From NCBI GenBank assembly GCA_041640075.1, contig JBEQAY010000016.1, forward strand, positions 1 through 22,984: a stretch of DNA of 22,984 bases, given 5' to 3'. The translations under genes were made by a program, and so were the position numbers. Shown in pieces: positions 15,221 through 22,984 of this stretch (position 1 is its first letter; every line of letters begins with the position of its first letter). The notes under the pieces are model-generated. The model was not told the origin of the DNA. It searched no databases and saw nothing but the letters and a program-made list of their open reading frames with translations. The DNA comes from Candidatus Nanohaloarchaea archaeon (lineage in GTDB: Archaea; Nanohalarchaeota; Nanosalinia; Nanosalinales; Nanosalinaceae).

Positions 15221-17131
15221 ATGAGCAGAATTATCGGGATCGACTTGGGAACGACAAGAAGCGCAATGGCAACAATAGAGGACGGAGAGCCTAAAATCAT
15301 CGAAAACAAGGAAGGTGAAAGAGTTACTCCTTCCGTAGTAGGTTTTGACGACGGTGAGCGACTCGTCGGGAAGCCTGCGAAGAACCAGTTGCTGACGAAC
15401 AAGGAAAATACTGTAAAGTCGATCAAGCGGCACATGGGAGAGGACTATGATGTAAATCTTGATGGAGAAGATTACACTCCGCAGGAAATCTCCTCTATGA
15501 TTCTGCAGAAGCTGAAAAATGATGCAGAGGACAAGCTCGGCGACGATGTCGAGAAAGCTGTAATCACAGTTCCTGCTCACTTCGACGACACTCAGAGGCA
15601 GGCTACAAAGGACGCTGCAGAGATCGCAGGTCTTGAAGCAGAGAGAATTCTGAACGAGCCGACCGCAGCAGCTCTAGCATACGGGCTGGATGATGAAAGC
15701 GAGAAAACTGTACTTGTATACGACTTCGGAGGAGGAACCTTCGACGTCACAGTCCTAGAGATGGGAGACGGAATCTACGAAGTCCAGAGCACCGAGGGAG
15801 ACAACGATCTCGGAGGAGATGACTTCGACGAGAAGATCGTTGACTACCTGCTTGAAGAGTTCGAGGACGAGCACGGAGTTGATCTCCGAGAATCAGATGA
15901 AGCTATGCAGCGTTTGAGAGAGAACGCTGAAGAGGCCAAGAAAGAGCTCTCCTCCCGTGAATCCACAAAGATCAACATACCGTTCATCTACCAGGAGGGC
16001 GGCGAGACATACAACCTCGACCAAGAACTGACGAGAAGCAGGTTTGAAGATTTAGTTGAGGATCTCATCCAGAGAACTACAGATCCGACAAAGAAGGCTA
16101 TGAACGACGCCGGCGTGAACTCCGGAGACCTCGACGAGGTCATCCTTGTCGGAGGTACGACACGTGTCCCTGCTGTCAGAGAGCACGTGCAAGCCATCAC
16201 AGGCCTCCAGCCGGATAAAAGTGTAAGCCCTGACGAAGCAGTTGCCCTGGGAGCATCGATCCAGGCAGGAAGCATGGAAGGCGAAATGGAAGACATTCTG
16301 CTACTCGACGTAGCACCTCTCTCACTTGGAGTAGAGGTCAAGGGAGGTCTCACAGAAACACTGATTGAGGAGAACACCACGATCCCGGCAGAGGAATCGA
16401 AAACTTTCACGACAGCCCAGGACAACCAGTCCGTCGTGACCGTACACGTCGTCCAGGGAGAACGTGAGATGGCAAAGGACAACAAGTCTCTCGGGCAGTT
16501 CAATCTTGAAGGACTACCGCCAGCACCTGCTGGACAGCCTCAGATCGAGGTAACTTTCGAGATCGACTCAGACGGTATCCTGAACGTCTCCGCAGAGGAA
16601 CAGCAGAGCGGAGAATCAGCCTCCATCACTATCGAGGATCAGGCCCGATTAGACGACGAAGAAATCGAGGAGATGAAGGAGGAAGCAGAGAAGCACGCAG
16701 AAGAAGACGAAAAAAGAAGAGAGTTCATCGAAGCAAAGAACAAGGCCGACCAGATCATCTCGCAGGGCCGCGACCAGCTTGAAGAGCACGGAGACAAAGT
16801 CGACGACTCCCTAGTCGAAGGTATCGAGATGCAGCTGAATGAACTGGAGGACTTCCGTGAAGACGTAGAGCTTGAGGAAAGCGAGGAACTTCAGGAGAAA
16901 GTCACAGAAGTCGAGGAGAAGCTCCAGGAGATCGGTCAGGAAATCTACGGCGGAGAAGACGGCGCTCCCGGTGGAATGGAAGGCATGGGTGCAGAAGGAT
17001 TCGATCCAAGCAACATGAGCGAGGAAGACCTGAAGCAGGCAGCCCAGAACATGGGAGCAGGCTCAGGCGACGATGTCGTCGACGCAGACTTCGAAGAAGT
17101 AGACACAGAAGACGAGGAGAAAGAGGAATAA
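15221..17131 (+). CDS. dnaK: Hsp70 chaperone DnaK
   Basis: [38 protein letters not shown]-terminal [18 protein letters not shown]. Confidence 0.98.
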   Translation: MSRIIGIDLGTTRSAMATIEDGEPKIIENKEGERVTPSVVGFDDGERLVGKPAKNQLLTNKENTVKSIKRHMGEDYDVNLDGEDYTPQEISSMILQKLKNDAEDKLGDDVEKAVITVPAHFDDTQRQATKDAAEIAGLEAERILNEPTAAALAYGLDDESEKTVLVYDFGGGTFDVTVLEMGDGIYEVQSTEGDNDLGGDDFDEKIVDYLLEEFEDEHGVDLRESDEAMQRLRENAEEAKKELSSRESTKINIPFIYQEGGETYNLDQELTRSRFEDLVEDLIQRTTDPTKKAMNDAGVNSGDLDEVILVGGTTRVPAVREHVQAITGLQPDKSVSPDEAVALGASIQAGSMEGEMEDILLLDVAPLSLGVEVKGGLTETLIEENTTIPAEESKTFTTAQDNQSVVTVHVVQGEREMAKDNKSLGQFNLEGLPPAPAGQPQIEVTFEIDSDGILNVSAEEQQSGESASITIEDQARLDDEEIEEMKEEAEKHAEEDEKRREFIEAKNKADQIISQGRDQLEEHGDKVDDSLVEGIEMQLNELEDFREDVELEESEELQEKVTEVEEKLQEIGQEIYGGEDGAPGGMEGMGAEGFDPSNMSEEDLKQAAQNMGAGSGDDVVDADFEEVDTEDEEKEE

Positions 17132-17165
17132 TGCTCCTCTCCTCCTCTTTTCAAAATCTCCATAA

Positions 17166-17230
17166 CATCACCGAAGTGCGTTCAGCTTCTCTGAACGTGC
17201 TCTGGTGATGAAACTTCCAGAAGTTTCATG
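17166..17230 (+). promoter_or_regulatory. Two-hairpin leader element (copy 2) ending at the dnaJ ATG
   Basis: Stem AGTGCGTTCAG/CTGAACGTGCT (17175-17201) closed by CATCACC/GGTGATG, then ATGAAACTT/AAGTTTCAT (17208-17229). Confidence 0.6.
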
Positions 17231-18304
17231 GCGAAAGAATACTACGATCTTCTCGGCGTAAGTGAAGACGCAAACCAGGATGAGATCAAGAAGGCTTACA
17301 GGAAGAAGGCGAAAAAATACCATCCTGACTCCAACAAGGATTCAGCCGATGAGGAGAAGTTCAAGAAGATCAACAAGGCGTATGACGTTCTCTCGGACGA
17401 GAATAAGCGTAAAAAATATGATAAATTTGGAAAACAGGGAGTTGAAGGTAGCTCCAGTAGAGGAAAGAGGCGGGCCTCCGCCAATTTCCAGGATATCTTC
17501 GAGCAGATCTTCGGCGGCGGAAGAGGACGTCGTGGAAGCAGAGAGGCTCAGGGAGAAAACCTGAAGGTTCAGACGACTATCTCTCTGGAAGAGGCCTATA
17601 AAGGGGTTGAGAAAACCTTCAAGGTCTCGAGGAAATCCGAGTGCGCCGAATGCGATGGTTCAGGCGCAGAAGACGGTAATACTTCTACATGCTCCAACTG
17701 TAATGGTCAGGGGAAAGTTGAACAGGTAAGGCGAACTCCTCTGGGGAGAGCTCGCCAGGTAACCGAGTGTCCTGAGTGTAACGGTACAGGAGATATTCCA
17801 GAGACCAAGTGTTCTGAATGTAATGGTTCAGGTATAACAGAAAAAGAGGATGAGATCACTGTTGACATACCTGAAGGAGTAAAAGATGGACAGAGGCTTA
17901 GAGTCAAAGGAAAAGGCCATACAGCAAGAAACGGTAATTCTGGAGATCTTTATATCTTTGTAAGTGTTGAACCTCATGATTCTCTGGAAAGACGTGATTC
18001 AGATCTATATACAACAGTCAAGGTCGGTGTAGGGGATGCCGCACTGGGTACTCAGGTTGAAGTACCACATCCAGAGTCCACTATTTCTGTAGACGTTCCT
18101 GCAGGCACACAACCTGGACAGGTGATGCGTGTAGAAGGCAAAGGATTCCCGAGTGGCTGGGGTTCAGGCGATCTATATGTTAAAGTAGACGTCGACATAC
18201 CGAGCGAGCTGACTGAAGAACAGGAAGAAGTTATGGAGGAACTCAGAGAAACTGAAAGTAATGAGAAAAACTTCTTCGAATCAGTCAAGGACTTCATCAG
18301 CTGA
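17228..18304 (+). CDS. dnaJ: Chaperone DnaJ
   Basis: J-domain HPD, four CxxCxGxG repeats, C-terminal GDLY motifs. Confidence 0.97.
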   Translation: MAKEYYDLLGVSEDANQDEIKKAYRKKAKKYHPDSNKDSADEEKFKKINKAYDVLSDENKRKKYDKFGKQGVEGSSSRGKRRASANFQDIFEQIFGGGRGRRGSREAQGENLKVQTTISLEEAYKGVEKTFKVSRKSECAECDGSGAEDGNTSTCSNCNGQGKVEQVRRTPLGRARQVTECPECNGTGDIPETKCSECNGSGITEKEDEITVDIPEGVKDGQRLRVKGKGHTARNGNSGDLYIFVSVEPHDSLERRDSDLYTTVKVGVGDAALGTQVEVPHPESTISVDVPAGTQPGQVMRVEGKGFPSGWGSGDLYVKVDVDIPSELTEEQEEVMEELRETESNEKNFFESVKDFIS

Positions 18305-19037
18305 TTAACAAACTCTTAAGGAATGGTATAGAATACATAATAGCGGTTCCTAAAGAGAACATCGCCAGGTGCAATATAATGTCTTCGTCTTCTTTGAATC
18401 TTGGTAGCAGGTCTGCTCCTGCGATGTAGACAAAGTTTCCGATTACAAGAGGAAGCAGTACTGCGTTTATACCTGCGGATGCTGTTGATAAGGCAAGCAC
18501 TATCCCTGCACCTAGAAACATGAATAAGCTGATTGCAATGTTGAATCCTACTGCTTTTTTCTGTGAGAAACCGCTTTCAACCAGTACTCCAAAGTCTCCG
18601 GCTTCTTTCGGAATTTTGTGTGCCATTACAGCAATGGTTGATGCGATTCCTGCAGATGTTCCGACCAGAAAACTGGATGCGATCAGTATTCCATCAAGTA
18701 TGTTGTGTACTGCGTCTCCCGCCACAAGAACATAGGAAAATGCTTCTATATGGTGATCCTGGTTGTGACAGTGCCAGTGAACCAGTCTTTCCAATACTAG
18801 TGAGCCTGCCAGCCCTGCAAGCACTAAAAGACCTGTAAACCGTGTGTAACCTACATTATTTGCGAGTTTAAAGATCAGGTGTATGAATACTCCTCCGAAT
18901 ATGGTTCCAGCTGATAAAGAGATAAGGTATGGAGTCATTCTCTCCGTTTTTTCATCGTTTACCGCGAGAAAAAGTGCTCCCAGACCTGAAAGTAGGGATG
19001 TTGCTATCAGGCTGTACGCTATAAGCTCAAGAACCAT
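18297..19037 (-). CDS. ZIP-family divalent metal transporter
   Basis: HWHCH loop, TM4 HNILDG, TM5 HKIPKE.GD, GNFVYIA..DL.P. Confidence 0.88.
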   Translation of the reverse strand: MVLELIAYSLIATSLLSGLGALFLAVNDEKTERMTPYLISLSAGTIFGGVFIHLIFKLANNVGYTRFTGLLVLAGLAGSLVLERLVHWHCHNQDHHIEAFSYVLVAGDAVHNILDGILIASSFLVGTSAGIASTIAVMAHKIPKEAGDFGVLVESGFSQKKAVGFNIAISLFMFLGAGIVLALSTASAGINAVLLPLVIGNFVYIAGADLLPRFKEDEDIILHLAMFSLGTAIMYSIPFLKSLLIS

Positions 19038-19051
19038 ACCAGAAAAAGGTG

Positions 19052-19079
19052 TTAATAATTTTTTAAAGTATGCTATTAA
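19052..19079. promoter_or_regulatory. Candidate operator TTAATA-N16-TATTAA in the divergent ZIP/regulator promoter
   Basis: Perfect 6-16-6 inverted repeat bracketing the central TTTTAAA; same geometry as the E. coli NikR operator. Confidence 0.55.
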
Positions 19080-19088
19080 TCTGGAGTT

Positions 19089-19475
19089 ATGGAAGTAATA
19101 AGCCTGTCCATAGACGACGAGACACTGGACAAAATTGAGGAAATACAGGAAAACTCAAGTTTCAACGGCCGAAGCGAACTTATCCGAACAGCGATCGAAA
19201 ACCTCCACCAGGAAACAGCTGACAGAGAAGACCTGGAAGGACGCCTGAACGCAGTGATAATCGCCCGGCACTCACACTCAAGCGAACAGAAGATCGCTGA
19301 GATATCACACGACTTCGACGATATACTCACAACCCAGCTCCACAGCAAGCTGAGCAACGACAAATGTCTGGAAGTATTCCACACAGACGGACCTGCAGAC
19401 AAAGTCATCGAGTTCTACAAGCAGCTCGAGGGCAGTAAACACACAGAATCAGTCAATATACTACCACAGAACTAA
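19089..19475 (+). CDS. NikR-like ribbon-helix-helix metalloregulator
   Basis: ISLSID...GRSELIRTAI RHH, followed by an ACT-like domain with H...QLHSKL...KCLE. Confidence 0.85.
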   Translation: MEVISLSIDDETLDKIEEIQENSSFNGRSELIRTAIENLHQETADREDLEGRLNAVIIARHSHSSEQKIAEISHDFDDILTTQLHSKLSNDKCLEVFHTDGPADKVIEFYKQLEGSKHTESVNILPQN

Positions 19476-19478
19476 GGA

Positions 19479-20105
19479 TTAACTGAAAAGTGCGAGAGCG
19501 ACATCTTCCTCAGGCGCCCACCAGAAATCCACTTCCGGCGAAAAATCCGGGTTGAGATCCATACTGTGGGCTACATCCCCTATCACAGTTTCAGGAGCTA
19601 TAGTTGTAGAGTACATCTCTATAAAGTCTGCTCCGGTTCGATCAGCTGAGTAGAGAAGTTCTTCACGTCCCATGAAGTCACCAACATTGTTTGTCAGCAC
19701 TAGATCAGCTTCGCCGCTGTAATCCGAGAAGCATTTAACATGAGAACTGTCTGGCTGCCGGGCTCTGTTACCTATCTCAGTGATTATTTCCGGATAAATT
19801 GCTCCGCATTCTTCCTCAGGTTCCAGGAAATCATATGATTGGACACTGCTACGTAAACTTTCAGGGTCAGCTCCTTCAGAAAGCTGTCTACCTATCCTGT
19901 TCTGCATCTCGGCAGTTCTGCTCTCAACCTCCACAGTATGTATAGATGCCTCAGGATACTGGTCCTTCAAGTACCATCCCACCAAGTTTGCACCCACAGT
20001 CACGATATCCGAATCACTGGATTCAAAACCTCTTTCACTAAAGTAATCCATCACATCATCATAATACGAAAGATGTGTGTTACCTACCTGATACAAATGA
20101 TTCAT
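19479..20105 (-). CDS. Hypothetical protein, possibly a divergent SAM-dependent methyltransferase fold
   Basis: Acidic 208-aa ORF; IVTVGANL...YPEASIHTVEVE resembles class I MTase motifs I-II. Confidence 0.55.
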   Translation of the reverse strand: MNHLYQVGNTHLSYYDDVMDYFSERGFESSDSDIVTVGANLVGWYLKDQYPEASIHTVEVESRTAEMQNRIGRQLSEGADPESLRSSVQSYDFLEPEEECGAIYPEIITEIGNRARQPDSSHVKCFSDYSGEADLVLTNNVGDFMGREELLYSADRTGADFIEMYSTTIAPETVIGDVAHSMDLNPDFSPEVDFWWAPEEDVALALFS

Positions 20106-20189
20106 GTCAGAGTTAACAATGTCAAATTTTTTGAAACCGAAAAACCATTGAGGACAGAGATAAAAGATAAAGTCAATATTTCAGAACCC

Positions 20190-20582
20190 ATGAAGCTTGC
20201 ACACACTATGCTCCGGACAGGTTCACCGGACGAGATGATAGACTTCTACACAGAAGCCTTCAACATGGAGCTTAAAAGGAAAAATGAAATGGATACCTTC
20301 ACACTCTACTTCCTCGGCCACCCCGGACAGACAGCGGAAATTGAACTCACATACAACCACGGCGAAGACGGAAGATACGAGAAAGGGGAAGGATTCGGCC
20401 ATATCGCAATCCACACACCAGAAAACACCTCACTTCAGGAAGCATATGATCAGGCAGTCGAAGCAGGTGGGGAAGACTACCGGCCACCGGAGGAATGCCC
20501 TGGAGACTACGCCTTCGTCAAGGACCCGGAAGGCTACGAAGTAGAGATCCTGGCAAGACCGGCAGTTACCACGGACAATTAG
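20190..20582 (+). CDS. gloA: VOC-family protein, glyoxalase I-like
   Basis: AHTMLR, FTLYFLG, IELTYN, GFGHIAI, FVKDPEGYEVE. True start at ATG 20190. Confidence 0.85.
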   Translation: MKLAHTMLRTGSPDEMIDFYTEAFNMELKRKNEMDTFTLYFLGHPGQTAEIELTYNHGEDGRYEKGEGFGHIAIHTPENTSLQEAYDQAVEAGGEDYRPPEECPGDYAFVKDPEGYEVEILARPAVTTDN

Positions 20583-20591
20583 CCCAGAAAC

Positions 20592-20625
20592 ATCGGGAAA
20601 CCACACACCCGATTTTTTCTCTTCT
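20592..20625 (+). terminator. Hairpin plus T-tract after the glyoxalase gene
   Basis: ATCGGG/CCCGAT stem followed by a TTTTTCTCTTCTC pyrimidine tract. Confidence 0.45.
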
Positions 20626-20881
20626 CTCTCAACTCACACAAAACACATTTCGCACCTCAGCTGCACACCAACTACCTCATACTTCTGCTGCTTCCGACAG
20701 CTCGAACCGAATTCAGACTTCCGACCGAGGAAAAAGAGCGCAAAACCACTTGAAAACACCTCAGAAAACTCACAAACACCACCAGACTGTGCAAAAATTT
20801 TGAACACCAACCAACTCAGGAGTGTTCAACTATAGCAAACATTCATTACTTTTTAATAAACTTTGAAACAACTTATCAGTA

Positions 20882-21181
20882 ATGACAAGAGAGTATGAGA
20901 GTGCAGATAATATGCACAGTCTTACCGAAAGAACCTATGAACGTATTGAGAGCCAGTTAGACGATCAAATAGACTACTGGAAAGATCAACAAGCCGCGGT
21001 AGCACTTGGCCAGTTCCTGGAAGGAGAAGGAAACAATTCAGGCGAACTTGAAAGAATTAAAGGCGAAATTTTCATGGGAGAGAGTCTAAAAGCTATGCTC
21101 GAAGCCAGTTTAGGAGATACAATCAACATGGAAAACGCTATGTCGCTGGTAGGAGGCTACCTGCAAAACCACCAATACTGA
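20882..21181 (+). CDS. Hypothetical 99-aa protein
   Basis: Acidic ORF; TTTTAATAAA ~25 nt upstream (leaderless). Confidence 0.7.
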   Translation: MTREYESADNMHSLTERTYERIESQLDDQIDYWKDQQAAVALGQFLEGEGNNSGELERIKGEIFMGESLKAMLEASLGDTINMENAMSLVGGYLQNHQY

Positions 21182-21234
21182 GTGTTAAATTTAATCGAAC
21201 ACCCACAATATTTCATCAAAATCTCTGAAACCTT

Positions 21235-21407
21235 CTTAACAAAGGAAGTATAATAGAAACGTATGAAATCAGTTTCCTGGTTCATACAGAAAAGTTATAC
21301 CTTCTTTATGTTAAGGCAGATCCATAGCAAATACCCAAGGTAAAGCACCAAGAAGATACCAGGAAACACAGAAACCCTAGGTTGCGATATACCTTCTTTG
21401 TGTTAAG
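21235..21407. repeat. Three copies of TATACCTTCTTT(RT)GTTAAG, with a fourth at 12979-12996
   Basis: 21235-21252 (- strand, 16/18 to the 12979 copy), 21296-21315 and 21388-21407 (+ strand, 2-nt insertion). Confidence 0.75.
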
Positions 21408-21548
21408 GGGTTTTCGAAAACAGCCAATTTCACCACTCTAATTAACTAGAATTTTTCGAGTGTTTACACGTTCCGAACACTCACATAGACCTCAACATAA
21501 AACTGAATAATATCTGTAGATATCCATCTCCTGGACGAAGACTAAAGT

Positions 21549-21755
21549 TTAGCTGCCTGTGCAGTCTTTCAGCATCCTGAGAACTATATCTCTGTTATTT
21601 TCAGTGTAGAGGACATTAGCCATGCCTTTTTCTGAGGCCGTCACTGAGATACCCAGGCCTACGTTAGAGAATACCTGTTCCAGATTGTCTCTGAGTCCGG
21701 CTTCACCATGGATAATGAATTTTTGACCGTCGTCCTGTATATTGTCAATTCTCAC
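21549..21755 (-). CDS. Hypothetical 68-aa protein
   Basis: GTG start ~25 nt below a GGGAAAACTTTTA BRE/TATA. Confidence 0.55.
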   Translation of the reverse strand: MRIDNIQDDGQKFIIHGEAGLRDNLEQVFSNVGLGISVTASEKGMANVLYTENNRDIVLRMLKDCTGS

Positions 21756-21983
21756 GTTTCAGGTTCTCTACGTAGAGTCTAAAAGTTTTCCCGACAAGGA
21801 TGTTCATTTTAGTTAAACACTCATAATAGGCTTATTTTTACTTCAAGGAGACAACGAAAGGTTTTAAAGAAAATAGTATGTTCGTAGTGTATTAACAGTC
21901 TTTATTTTTCTGATGTGAGTTTAGAGACCCCCACCTAACCGGTCTGAGGAAGAGTTTTTCAACAACGCAGGGAAAAATTACCT

Positions 21984-22675
21984 ATGGCAGCCCAAGAAGG
22001 AAGCAAGCTACGTGCAAGCGACGTTGCAGATAAATACAGGGAGACAATCGATTTGATGGAAGAGTTAGAGGAGCAGAAAGCCCTAACTTTCCACGTCCTC
22101 AAGAGGTTTATAGAAGACAAGTCAAACTTCGCGGATAAATACACTGAGCGGATCGTAGATGTTCAACGTTTCCACTCGGAGGTTGGCCAGTTCGAGCACG
22201 ATGTGAGAGCTCTGGAGTCTTCCAATAATACTTCAAAGAAAAAGTCTGCGAAAAAGATTGCCTACGAGGAAGAACAAGCAATAAAGGATATGAAAAGTGC
22301 GGCAGAGGCGGTGATAAAGTTCGGAGAACTCAAGGAAGACGCACTTGAGAGGAAAGAAAAGTTCAAGAGCGAAGGTAGAGACTTATCCGCGCTTGTGATG
22401 ACGGACAACTACCTGGTGATCGAGGCCATCTTGAGAGATGTAGTCATTACTACTGGGATGCCTACTCAGAGATCAGAGTCATAGCAAATAAACTGGCTAG
22501 AGAAACGGAGTACAACCAGTTCAAGAAAGAAATCAATGAGATAAAGAACGATAGAGAGATCAACGAGGCCGAGGAAGTGATACGTGAGAACTACGGTGGA
22601 CCAGGTTCACTTGAACAGGACAGATATGCTGGTTTGAAGAAAAACGCTGAAAAAGTGTTGAACAACCTAGAATAA
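21984..22675 (+). pseudogene. Helical hypothetical protein, apparently split by a -1 frameshift (166-aa ORF plus ATG-less 98-codon continuation)
   Basis: Frame 1 ends at 22484. The -1 frame is open 22379-22675 and ends in protein-like IANKLARETEYNQFKKEINEIK...KVLNNLE*. Confidence 0.55.
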
Positions 22676-22688
22676 ATTACAACAGCTT

Positions 22689-22967
22689 TTACTCATCCCT
22701 GAATTCAGAAAGGAGTTCGCCGCATCTCTTGGCGATCTTCTCACCTTCATCCGTGAGTTCGACGACTTTTTTTCTACCGTCTTTCTCCGAGTCAACCAGA
22801 TCAAATTCCTCCAGCTGGTGGAGTATACGGACGGTATGTGAGTATGTGGCGTCGACCTCCGATGAAAGTTCGGATGCGTAGTTATCTGTGAAGCCGCTGT
22901 TTATATTTACGAGTATCTTCACCGGTTTCTCGTTGATAAAGAAGCTTTCAAGGTCTTCCTCCCCCAT
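22689..22967 (-). CDS. Winged-helix (MarR/ArsR-like) transcription regulator
   Basis: EKPVKIL...YASELS..VDATYSHTVRIL..LEE...KDGRKKVVELTDEG. Confidence 0.85.
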   Translation of the reverse strand: MGEEDLESFFINEKPVKILVNINSGFTDNYASELSSEVDATYSHTVRILHQLEEFDLVDSEKDGRKKVVELTDEGEKIAKRCGELLSEFRDE

Positions 22968-22984
22968 CTACAACCCTCTATTAC

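Larger units (their letters stand above)
20785..21900. repeat. Six dispersed palindromes, consensus GAGTGTT-N11-AACACTC
   Basis: Copies at 20785-20809, 20820-20844, 21180-21204, 21458-21482 (perfect), 21798-21822 and 21876-21900, all with an exact 11-nt spacer. Confidence 0.8.

Noticed and set aside
299..18838. Many antisense or alternate-frame ORFs inside real genes (e.g. 299-679, 4486-5073, 13199-13666, 15988-16503)
   Set aside because: They are Ser/Phe-rich shadows of acidic-codon genes and lie fully inside well-supported CDSs.
19938..20189. N-terminal extension of the glyoxalase ORF
   Set aside because: It overlaps the divergent 208-aa gene; VOC homology begins at ATG 20190.
21261..21287. 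GTATGA-N15-TCATAC as an E. coli-type NikR operator
   Set aside because: The spacer is 15 rather than 16, the local regulator has a different recognition strand, and it has a better candidate site at 19052-19079.
20785..21900. CRISPR array or IS/MITE ends as an explanation for the repeats
   Set aside because: Spacing is irregular, the repeats are gapped palindromes, and no cas or transposase genes or target duplications are seen.

Overview
Chromosomal segment from a halophilic archaeon. The very acidic proteins, moderate GC, leaderless genes with TATA boxes ~25 nt upstream, single-domain histone and PDH plus ADP-forming acetyl-CoA synthetase suggest Nanohaloarchaeota (DPANN); this assignment is an inference. 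The housekeeping content is the 5' end of acdA, the pdhABC-lpdA operon, a C2H2-TM-DsbA protein, a CaCA antiporter, PolB, a metallophosphoesterase, a histone, a YprB-like exonuclease, grpE/dnaK/dnaJ, a ZIP transporter with a divergent NikR-like regulator, a glyoxalase and two winged-helix proteins. The non-coding DNA holds the most interesting signals: (1) a ~290-nt G-U-rich structured RNA (11944-12237) ahead of a 38-aa sORF; (2) a two-hairpin element with compensatory changes that ends exactly at the ATG of both pdhC and dnaJ; (3) a gene-poor 1.1-kb region (20785-21900) with six GAGTGTT-N11-AACACTC palindromes, interleaved with three copies of an 18-20 bp motif that also overlaps the promoter of an orphan winged-helix gene 8 kb away. 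There are also unannotated small ORFs and one frameshifted gene. No rRNA, tRNA, CRISPR array or transposase was seen.
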